Assembly (NCBI GenBank): GCA_021163295.1
Contig: JAGGXD010000142.1
Location: 1 to 61,853 of the forward strand
Reading direction: 5' to 3'
DNA from: Bacteroidales bacterium
GTDB taxonomy: Bacteria > Bacteroidota > Bacteroidia > Bacteroidales > VadinHA17
Length of the DNA stretch: 61,853 nucleotides
Shown here: positions 49,312 through 57,042 of the stretch, piece by piece
Position numbering within the stretch: position 1 is the stretch's first letter
Layout: every line of letters begins with the position of its first letter
Made by a program: the position numbers and the translations under genes
The notes under the pieces: generated by a model
Database searches by the model: none
What the model saw: the letters and a program-made list of their open reading frames with translations, nothing else
What the model was told of the DNA's origin: nothing

Positions 49312-49329
49312 TTGTGAATAATGTAACAT
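49312..49329. promoter_or_regulatory. Weak Rex-box-like site just upstream of rex paralogue 2
   Basis: TTGTGAA-TAAT-GTAACAT. The left half-site is perfect and the right half-site has 3 mismatches to TTCACAA. It ends 3 nt before the ATG at 49333. Confidence 0.25.
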
Positions 49330-49332
49330 GTA

Positions 49333-49956
49333 ATGTATTTACGAAGTAATATTACACGGCTTTTACAATACCGTAGTTGCCTGACAAAGTTCCAGGAACT
49401 GGGATTTGAAACTATCTATTCATATAATCTCGGAATGCATATAGGTGTTAGTGCAGAGCAAATCAGGAAAGATTTTTCAAAATTTAATATACGAGGAAAT
49501 AAAAAAGCTGGCTATAATATTGAAAAATTAATTACCGCCATAAATAAAATTTTTAATAAAACTTCGCCTCAAAACATATTACTTATAGGATATGGTAATT
49601 TAGGACAGTCTCTAATAAAATACAAGGGTTTCTCAAGGAGCATGTTTTATATTAAAGCTATTATTGACATTGATCCGTCAAAACATAAAAGGAAAACTAC
49701 AGTTCCTGTTTTTCCCCCCGAGAAAGCCCCGGAGATTATTAAGAAAAACGGAATTAAAATCGGAATTATCGCAGTCCCTGATATTGCAGCACAGGAAATA
49801 TGTAATATGATTGTTAAAGCAGGGATCAAAGGGATACTGAATTTCAGCAGCCTTGTATTAAAAGCTCCTGAAGATGTTCAAATTAACAATATTAATCTCG
49901 GGAATGAACTGGAGGCTATTTTTTATCACATACAATTGAAAAAGAAAAATATCTGA
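49333..49956 (+). CDS. rex: Redox-sensing transcriptional repressor Rex (paralogue 2)
   Basis: ITRLLQYRSCL...AEQIRKDFS wHTH segment and LLIGYGNLGQSL Rossmann motif. It is divergent from the hdrA/mvh string. Confidence 0.85.
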   Translation: MYLRSNITRLLQYRSCLTKFQELGFETIYSYNLGMHIGVSAEQIRKDFSKFNIRGNKKAGYNIEKLITAINKIFNKTSPQNILLIGYGNLGQSLIKYKGFSRSMFYIKAIIDIDPSKHKRKTTVPVFPPEKAPEIIKKNGIKIGIIAVPDIAAQEICNMIVKAGIKGILNFSSLVLKAPEDVQINNINLGNELEAIFYHIQLKKKNI

Positions 49957-49960
49957 CCTG

Positions 49961-50746
49961 TCAGTCTCTCTCCTGAAGCCACCGGTTCCACTGCTCCATT
50001 CCCTCTTCTGTTTTTGCTGAAAGTTCAAAAAATTTCAGATCGGGATTCACCTGGCAGGCATACTCCTTGAATTTTTCAACATCAAAATCAACATACGGCA
50101 ACAGATCTGTTTTATTAATTACACAGATATCTGATGACTGAAACATATCGGGATACTTAATAGGTTTGTCCTCTCCTTCAGTAACGCTAACAATCACAAC
50201 CCTCTGAGATTCACCAAGGTCAAACATGGCAGGACACACCAGATTTCCAACGTTCTCTATCAGAAGAATAGAATTATCTTTTACCTCAAGGGACTTTACC
50301 GCTTTGTTTATCATATCGGCATCAAGATGACAACCAGCCCCGGTATTAATCTGTATAACAGGAGCTCCGGCCTTTTCGATACGATTAGCATCAAGCATGG
50401 TTTGCTGATCACCCTCAATTATATAGAAAGAACATTTATCTTTCAATATCCTGATAGTTTTCTCAAGAAGACTGGTCTTGCCGGAACCTGGAGAACTAAC
50501 CAGGTTCACAGCAAAAATTTTTTTTGCTTCGAAATATCCCCTGTTCCGCTCAGCCAGCAGATCATTCTTCTGAAGAATATTCTGTTCAATAACAATTTCA
50601 CGACTCCCGGAATGATCATGGTCATGATCTCCATGTGTATGGCTATGGGTTACTCCCCCATGGGAATGAGTATGTTCTTTATTTTCACCTGGTTTTCTAA
50701 AAGTAACATTTTCTCCTGGTTGTCCGCATCCGCAATTATCACACAT
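49961..50746 (-). CDS. hypB: Hydrogenase nickel-incorporation GTPase HypB
   Basis: N-terminal MCDNCGCG Ni site, His-rich tract HTHSHGGVTHSHTHGDHDHDH, and P-loop SSPGSGKTSLL. Confidence 0.9.
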   Translation of the reverse strand: MCDNCGCGQPGENVTFRKPGENKEHTHSHGGVTHSHTHGDHDHDHSGSREIVIEQNILQKNDLLAERNRGYFEAKKIFAVNLVSSPGSGKTSLLEKTIRILKDKCSFYIIEGDQQTMLDANRIEKAGAPVIQINTGAGCHLDADMINKAVKSLEVKDNSILLIENVGNLVCPAMFDLGESQRVVIVSVTEGEDKPIKYPDMFQSSDICVINKTDLLPYVDFDVEKFKEYACQVNPDLKFFELSAKTEEGMEQWNRWLQERD

Positions 50747-50847
50747 ATTTTTCGCTTTTTAGAGTCAACACAAACTTGTAACAAAACTAACTAAAATTAT
50801 TTCGCGAATTTATTAAAAATAATTATGAAGCAGGCTTTGCTTATGAT

Positions 50848-51189
50848 TTATTCGATTGTAATTGATTTCAGTTGTATCTCTTTCCCCTGAAGAATTTCTT
50901 TACCAAACTCTCTACATTTTGGGCATGGAGAAAAATAATCATCCACACTATAAATATGACCACATCTCCTGCACTTAGCTTTAGCCTCTATTTTATTTAT
51001 CTTCCATACTGCTTTTGAGCAAACGGAATCTTTCACTGCTTCTTCAAGAGCAAACTCAAGTGCATCAATTACTACTCCTGATAAGGTCCCTACATCTATT
51101 TCAAATATATCCACATTAAGTGCCTTTTCCTTCTCAGCATTGTCCTCTATCATTTCTACTATATTAACCGCTATCGATAATTCATGCAT
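50848..51189 (-). CDS. hypA: Hydrogenase nickel metallochaperone HypA
   Basis: MHELSIA N-terminus and zinc motifs CRRCGH / CPKC. Length is 113 aa. Confidence 0.9.
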   Translation of the reverse strand: MHELSIAVNIVEMIEDNAEKEKALNVDIFEIDVGTLSGVVIDALEFALEEAVKDSVCSKAVWKINKIEAKAKCRRCGHIYSVDDYFSPCPKCREFGKEILQGKEIQLKSITIE

Positions 51190-51405
51190 ATCATCTCTTT
51201 TCAGTAAATCACAATTACAAAAAATCAGTGTGTAAAAATAATACTTTTTACTAATAACCTAATCCTGCATCTTGAATCAACAATGCTTACACCTAACTTT
51301 TCTTTTTCGCGCCTTGCTCATCGCTTTCTGCACCCGGCATTTGGTTTATTAATTTATTTTTCGTAAAATCAAATATATTTTCTATCACTAAATTATGGAG
51401 GTAAA

Positions 51406-51810
51406 ATGAAAAATCTAATTGCACTCAGAACTAAATGTCCTTACTGCAAGAAGTCTTTTATGGATCCATACGATCAGATCAATGGCAAACCCAGCATCAA
51501 GGTAGATATTGAAGCAAATGGCAAAAAAGGAAGGTTCAGATTATGTTCATATTATGGCTGTTTTGACCATAAAAGCAGCATTGAACTCCCAAAAGACGAG
51601 CCAATTAAGTTTTTTTGTCCGCACTGTAACAAGGAACTTACAAGTTCTAATAAATGCGAAGAATGCGGTTCTCCTATGATCCCGTTTGCACTGGAAAAAG
51701 GCGGGAAAGTTCATATCTGTTCAAAGGTTGGATGCAACAAACACTTTATTTCCTTCCAGGATGTTTCAGATGCATTGCGCAAAATGTATAATGAATTTGG
51801 TTACTTCTAA
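51406..51810 (+). CDS. Cys-rich putative metal-binding protein, hydrogenase-associated (paralogue of 40550..41023)
   Basis: 134 aa with five Cys pairs (CPYC, CSYYGC, FFCPHC, CEECG, ICSKVGC) colinear with the 157-aa ORF. GGAGGT lies at 51397-51402, just before the ATG. Confidence 0.6.
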   Translation: MKNLIALRTKCPYCKKSFMDPYDQINGKPSIKVDIEANGKKGRFRLCSYYGCFDHKSSIELPKDEPIKFFCPHCNKELTSSNKCEECGSPMIPFALEKGGKVHICSKVGCNKHFISFQDVSDALRKMYNEFGYF

Positions 51811-51815
51811 AGAAA

Positions 51816-51883
51816 GGTGAGTAGTTGAGTAAGGTGAGTAGTTGAGTAAGGTGAGTAGTTGAGTAAGGTGAGTAGTTGAGTAA
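51816..51883 (+). repeat. 4 x perfect 17-mer array (GGTGAGTAGTTGAGTAA)
   Basis: Read directly. It starts 5 nt after the stop of the Cys-rich 134-aa gene, in the spacer convergent with hypE. Confidence 0.95.
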
Positions 51884-51939
51884 GGAAGAGAAAAGAGTTC
51901 AAGGTTCAGTAACCAGTATTTTGAACATTAAGTTTTTTT

Positions 51940-52965
51940 CTAACAAATCCTTGGAAGCTGCTCTCCCGTCAGCATATCAACTATCCTGGTGCCTCCAATA
52001 GCTGTTTTCAGTATTACCTTGCCCGGGTGTTTTTCAGTTATTTCCCCGATAACAGAAGCTTTCTTACCGAAAGTGTTATGCTGCAATTTATCAAGTACCT
52101 TATCCACATCCAATGAGTCGATTACCATAATTACTTTCCCCTCATTTGCCATATAAAGAGGGTCATATCCGAAAATCTCACAAGCACTTTGCACACTGCT
52201 TAACACCGGTATATTCTCTTCGTCAGCCTCAATACCAAACCCCCTTGTTTCAGAGAGTTCGCACAAAACCGTTGCAAGTCCGCCCCTTGTAGCATCACGC
52301 ATAAAATGTATACCGGATGAGATACTCAGAACTGATTGTATCATTTTGTTAAGAGAGGCACAATCAGATTTCAGACTCACACTAAAACTCATATTTTCGC
52401 GTGCAGAAAGAATAGCGACACCATGATCTCCAACACTACCATTAACAATTATTTTATCACCGGGTTTTATTTTCTGCCCGGTGCTTATTGAATGGTTTTT
52501 CCGGGGCAAATAGCCCACGCCGGCAGTATTAATAAATAGTTTATCACATTTTCCCTTATTAACAACCTTGGTATCACCTGTCACAATTTGCACTCCTGCT
52601 TTACGTGATTCTTCAGCCATGGTACTGACTATTTTTTCAAGATCCGTTATGGAAAAGCCTTCTTCAATAATAAATGAGGCACTCAGATATTGTGGCTTTG
52701 CTCCGGACACAGCCAGATCATTAACAGTACCACATACTGCAAGTTTCCCTATATTTCCACCGGGGAAAAATATTGGATCTACCACATATGAATCTGTAGT
52801 AAAAGCAATCCCTTCATCTGCTCCGGGAATACATGCAGAATCAGTTTGTTCGGATAATATTTTATTTGAAAAATACTTTACAAAAATATCGCTGATAAGG
52901 TCATGGGACAGTTTTCCACCACTGCCATGTCCCAGCAATATAACTTTTTCAGAATTCTTGTTCAT
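51940..52965 (-). CDS. hypE: Hydrogenase maturation protein HypE
   Basis: AIR-synthase-like fold and the canonical C-terminal PRIC. Length is 341 aa. Confidence 0.9.
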   Translation of the reverse strand: MNKNSEKVILLGHGSGGKLSHDLISDIFVKYFSNKILSEQTDSACIPGADEGIAFTTDSYVVDPIFFPGGNIGKLAVCGTVNDLAVSGAKPQYLSASFIIEEGFSITDLEKIVSTMAEESRKAGVQIVTGDTKVVNKGKCDKLFINTAGVGYLPRKNHSISTGQKIKPGDKIIVNGSVGDHGVAILSARENMSFSVSLKSDCASLNKMIQSVLSISSGIHFMRDATRGGLATVLCELSETRGFGIEADEENIPVLSSVQSACEIFGYDPLYMANEGKVIMVIDSLDVDKVLDKLQHNTFGKKASVIGEITEKHPGKVILKTAIGGTRIVDMLTGEQLPRIC

Positions 52966-53002
52966 AGATCAATATATAATAAAATTATAACTCATATTAA
53001 AT

Positions 53003-53034
53003 TGGAATACTGGAATATTGGAATACTGGAATAT
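53003..53034 (+). repeat. 4 x TGGAATAY octamer array in the hypD-hypE spacer
   Basis: TGGAATAC TGGAATAT TGGAATAC TGGAATAT, read directly. It faces a C/T-rich tract (53059-53105) containing two TATTCC complements. Confidence 0.9.
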
Positions 53035-53106
53035 TTAAAAGAGCATTTTATTTATTTTATTCCTATTCTTCATTTCTTCCCAATCTTCCATTATTCCATT
53101 CTTCCT

Positions 53107-54186
53107 CTACTTGTTATATCTGTAATAAGCATGACATGCTCCTTCATTGGAAACCATACATGCCCCAACCGGGTTTGCAGGTGAGCACACTTTATTGAAC
53201 AATTTACAATCAGAAGGTTTCTTAATACCTTTCAGTACTTCACCGCAAATACAACCTCCGGGTTCAATTGTTTCTTCAACTTCAACACTCAGCATTTTTT
53301 CTGCATCAAACCGTTCATACTTTTCTTTCAGAGCAAACCCGCTGTTTTTTAAAACCCCCAACCCTCTCCACCAATCATCATGAAGCTCAAAAACCTTATT
53401 CATCATCTCCTGAGCTTTTACATTTCCTTCAGGAATAACAACTCTTTTATACTGAATTTCCACTTTTGGTGAATCGGTTTCATATTGTCTGACAAGCATA
53501 TAAATAGATTGTAATATATCAATCGGTTCAAATCCACTGATAACACAACCCAGACCAAATCTTTCAGGGATAGCTTTGTATATACCTGAGCCTGTAATGG
53601 TACTAACATGACCTGGAGCGATATAACCATTCATATCTACTCCCTCGTCAATCAGGGCTTCCATTGCAGGAGGCATGATCTTATGCGAGCTGTACAGATA
53701 GAAATTTTCCATATTCTCAGCATCTGCATTTAATATGGCTGCGGCACTGGTTGGAGCGGTTGTTTCAAACCCAATGCCAAGGAAAATCACTTTTTTATCC
53801 GGATTTTTTCTGGCAATATTCAAAGCATCCAGAATTGAATATACCATCCGGATATCTCTTCCATTTGCTTTCTCCCTGTCAAGAGATGATGTAGATCCAG
53901 GAATCCTTATCAGGTCACCAAATGAAGTGATTATAACATTTTCTAAACGACTATACGCCACAGCTTTATCAATAAACAAGTTGGTTGTAACACAAACCGG
54001 GCAACCAGGCCCGGAAAGAAGTTCTATATTATCCGGGAGAAGTGATGGAATACCAAATTTCTGAATTGCCATAGTATGGCCACCACACACCTCCATAAAC
54101 CTGACATGTTTTTTAGATATGGATGTGATATAATCCACAAGCCGGGATACAATTTCTTTGTTCCGGAATTCTGTTATATATTTCAT
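53107..54186 (-). CDS. hypD: Hydrogenase maturation protein HypD
   Basis: MEVCGGHT, GPGCPVCVT and a C-terminal Cys cluster. Confidence 0.9.
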   Translation of the reverse strand: MKYITEFRNKEIVSRLVDYITSISKKHVRFMEVCGGHTMAIQKFGIPSLLPDNIELLSGPGCPVCVTTNLFIDKAVAYSRLENVIITSFGDLIRIPGSTSSLDREKANGRDIRMVYSILDALNIARKNPDKKVIFLGIGFETTAPTSAAAILNADAENMENFYLYSSHKIMPPAMEALIDEGVDMNGYIAPGHVSTITGSGIYKAIPERFGLGCVISGFEPIDILQSIYMLVRQYETDSPKVEIQYKRVVIPEGNVKAQEMMNKVFELHDDWWRGLGVLKNSGFALKEKYERFDAEKMLSVEVEETIEPGGCICGEVLKGIKKPSDCKLFNKVCSPANPVGACMVSNEGACHAYYRYNK

Positions 54187-54437
54187 ACTTTCCTGCCCTG
54201 CTCTTCCCGGTCCATTTCCCTATTTAACTCTTCCAATTCCTCAAACAATGCAAGAGTTTCAGCTGCATCAGCGGGACTGATCTTCTGTAATGCAAATCCG
54301 GTATGAAGCAGAACATAATCACCAATCTCAACATCATCAAGCATTTGAAGACTGGCATTTACAATTGTTTCGCCAACAGCGACCCTGGCCATTTCTCCAT
54401 TAATTTCAACAATTTTTGCCGGCACACTTAAACACAT
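54183..54437 (-). CDS. hypC: Hydrogenase maturation protein HypC
   Basis: MCLSVPAKIVEI N-terminus, 84 aa. It overlaps hypF and hypD. Confidence 0.9.
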   Translation of the reverse strand: MCLSVPAKIVEINGEMARVAVGETIVNASLQMLDDVEIGDYVLLHTGFALQKISPADAAETLALFEELEELNREMDREEQGRKV

Positions 54438-56689
54438 TTTAATTCCCTCCTTTTTGATGCAATTACCAGTTGTCCTAAAGCTATTCCACCATCGTTTGCC
54501 GGTATTGCCACCGGGGAAAATACCTGGTAATTTTCATTTATTAATTTATTCTCCGTTTTCTGAAGCAAATATCTGTTTTGAAATGTCCCTCCCGATAAAA
54601 CAATTTTTCTTATACCGGTCCTTTGACTTATTTCATTTATGGCAGCAAAAATAACAGAAATAACTGTATTATGGAATTTTGCTGAAATTACTCCCTTGTG
54701 AACCCCATTAATGATATCATTCACTATCTCTTTTATCATTACCTCAACTTCAATTGTCTTTCCTATTTCGAAAGAATAGGAATCAGTGCAATTGTTATCA
54801 ATTAGAGATTCAAGGCGCATCGGTGCTTCAGCATGGAATCCAGAACAGGTACAAACATCCAGAATAGCAGCTACCGTATCAAACAACCGTCCTGAACTGG
54901 AAGTTAATGGACAATTTATTTTCTTATCAATCATCCGGATTATATCCTCCGCATTCTTCTTAACCAGGTTTCTAACAAAAGGAATACTCAATTTAAAAAG
55001 ATCTGATCCGTATATTCTATATAAATATGCCACCCCCATCCTCCATGGTTCAAGAGTTGCTTTATCACCACCAGGCATTGGAATATACGAAAAATGTGTA
55101 ACTCTCTCATAATCTGCCAAATCACAAATAAGAAATTCACCACCCCAAATATTGTTATTTTCACCAAGACCAATTCCATCGAAACTAACTCCTATCACTT
55201 TTTCATCAAGGTTATGTTCCGCCATACAGGCAGCAATATGTGCATGGTGATGCTGTACTCTAACTACAGGTAAGCCGGAGGCAACAGCATATTTTGTAGA
55301 AAGGTACTCAGGATGAAGGTCGCAAACTACTAAAACCGGATTAACGCGAAACAGTTTTTTCTGGTTTTCAATCGATTCAGAATAAAATTTATAAGTTTCC
55401 CAATTCTTCAGGTCTCCAATATACTGGCTCAAAATTGCCTGGTTACCCTTACCAAGGCAAAAAGTATTTACCAACTCTGCACCACACGCCAAAATTCCAT
55501 TTACATTCAATGTTAAATCAACAGGTTCGGGTACATAACCTCTCGATCTTCTTATAACACGAGGGATGTTATTAACCACCAGTTGAACCGAATCATCAAC
55601 CCTGTTGTATATTTCACGGTTATATGTTACCAGGGCATCACTTACCGGGAGAAGTTTTTCTGAAGCCTCCCTGTCTGAAATAATAATAGGTTCATCCAGT
55701 ATATTTCCACTTGTCAGAACAATAACAGGGGTATTAAGCTTACTAAAAAGAAGATAGTGAAACGGCATATATGGTAACATTGCCCCCACGGTATCAAATC
55801 CCATACTTACACTAAAAGCAAGGTCTCTTCTGCTTTTTAAAAGAACTATAGGTCGTCTCCACGACTGCAGTAACTCCTGTTCTTCAGCATTTGCCATGGC
55901 ATATTCCCTGAGTTTCTCTATTCCATTAAACATCACTGCAAACGGCTTCCCCTCCCTAAGCTTGGATTGCCTGAGTTGTTTCACTGCTTTTTCGTTTAAA
56001 GCATTACAAGCCATAAAATAGCCACCAACTCCCTTAACAGAAACAATTCCACCGCTATTTATTAACCTTGATGTTTTATCAAGAATTTTCTCAAAACTAT
56101 CTGTTTTCCCATCTTTTGAAATTAATTCATAACGGGGCCCACAGTTCAGACATGCAACAGGCTGGGCATGGAACCGACGATCCATAACATCCGTATATTC
56201 ACCGGCACATATATCACACATTTGAAAAACGTTCATTGTAGTTTTGTCCCTGTCGTATGGCAAATCTTTAATTATAGAGAACCTGGGGCCACAATTGGTG
56301 CAATTGATAAAAGGATAATTAATCCGGTGTGGTTGTTTTTTCATATCCTCCAGGCAGGCAGGACAAACTGCTATATCAGGACTTACATCTGTAATTTCAT
56401 CTGAATCAGACTTGCTTTTAACAATAGTGAATATTTTATAATTTTTTGAACTTATTTGTTTAACATTAACCGATTTGATTGTTGATGCTAATGGTTTTTT
56501 CTCTTCCAGGGAAATAATAAAATGATCAATATCAGATTTTTCACCCCTGGCAATGATTCTAACTCCATCATTCCGGTTTTCAACAGTTCCCTTAATATTA
56601 AAACAATGGGCAATCCTGTAAATAAACGGTCTGAATCCTACTCCCTGCACCAGGCCTTTTACTGATATTTCATAAGTTCCATTGTCCAT
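54428..56689 (-). CDS. hypF: Carbamoyltransferase HypF
   Basis: Acylphosphatase motif GLVQGVGFRPF, two zinc-finger pairs (CPACLEDM..CTNCGPRFSI; CDICAGEY..CLNCGPRY), and YrdC- plus Kae1-like regions. Length is 753 aa. Confidence 0.95.
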   Translation of the reverse strand: MDNGTYEISVKGLVQGVGFRPFIYRIAHCFNIKGTVENRNDGVRIIARGEKSDIDHFIISLEEKKPLASTIKSVNVKQISSKNYKIFTIVKSKSDSDEITDVSPDIAVCPACLEDMKKQPHRINYPFINCTNCGPRFSIIKDLPYDRDKTTMNVFQMCDICAGEYTDVMDRRFHAQPVACLNCGPRYELISKDGKTDSFEKILDKTSRLINSGGIVSVKGVGGYFMACNALNEKAVKQLRQSKLREGKPFAVMFNGIEKLREYAMANAEEQELLQSWRRPIVLLKSRRDLAFSVSMGFDTVGAMLPYMPFHYLLFSKLNTPVIVLTSGNILDEPIIISDREASEKLLPVSDALVTYNREIYNRVDDSVQLVVNNIPRVIRRSRGYVPEPVDLTLNVNGILACGAELVNTFCLGKGNQAILSQYIGDLKNWETYKFYSESIENQKKLFRVNPVLVVCDLHPEYLSTKYAVASGLPVVRVQHHHAHIAACMAEHNLDEKVIGVSFDGIGLGENNNIWGGEFLICDLADYERVTHFSYIPMPGGDKATLEPWRMGVAYLYRIYGSDLFKLSIPFVRNLVKKNAEDIIRMIDKKINCPLTSSSGRLFDTVAAILDVCTCSGFHAEAPMRLESLIDNNCTDSYSFEIGKTIEVEVMIKEIVNDIINGVHKGVISAKFHNTVISVIFAAINEISQRTGIRKIVLSGGTFQNRYLLQKTENKLINENYQVFSPVAIPANDGGIALGQLVIASKRRELKCV

Positions 56690-56868
56690 TAGTATGATTA
56701 ATTAAGAATGCGAAGCTAAATGAATGTATCGTATTTTCAAAAAATAGAAACCATTTAAACGGTTAAATAATCTTTATACTTACTAACATTTACTATCAGA
56801 TATTCAAAAAAAAACTTAATTTTATTAATTAATACGGTTCATCCGGAAAAGTATCAGATGGAAAGAAA

Positions 56869-56904
56869 GGAGTAGAAGGAATAGAGGGAGTAGAGGGAAT
56901 AGAG
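56869..56904 (+). repeat. 4 x GGARTAGAR nonamer array in the hypF/hoxF divergent spacer
   Basis: GGAGTAGAA GGAATAGAG GGAGTAGAG GGAATAGAG, followed by a partial GGAGAAAAT. Read directly. Confidence 0.9.
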
Positions 56905-56991
56905 GGAGAAAATGAAATAATGATTTATATCACTATATCACAGAATTAACATTTATCATTTGTTTATAAATACTTAATGCTGTTAATTTGA

Positions 56992-57009
56992 CTGTTAATT
57001 TTTTCACAA
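56992..57009. promoter_or_regulatory. Candidate Rex operator upstream of hoxF
   Basis: CTGTTAA-TTTT-TTCACAA has 2 mismatches to the TTGTGAA-N4-TTCACAA consensus. It ends 33 nt upstream of the hoxF ATG. Confidence 0.5.
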
Positions 57010-57042
57010 ATAGGACAACTATTATTTCAAGCTATTTAAATT

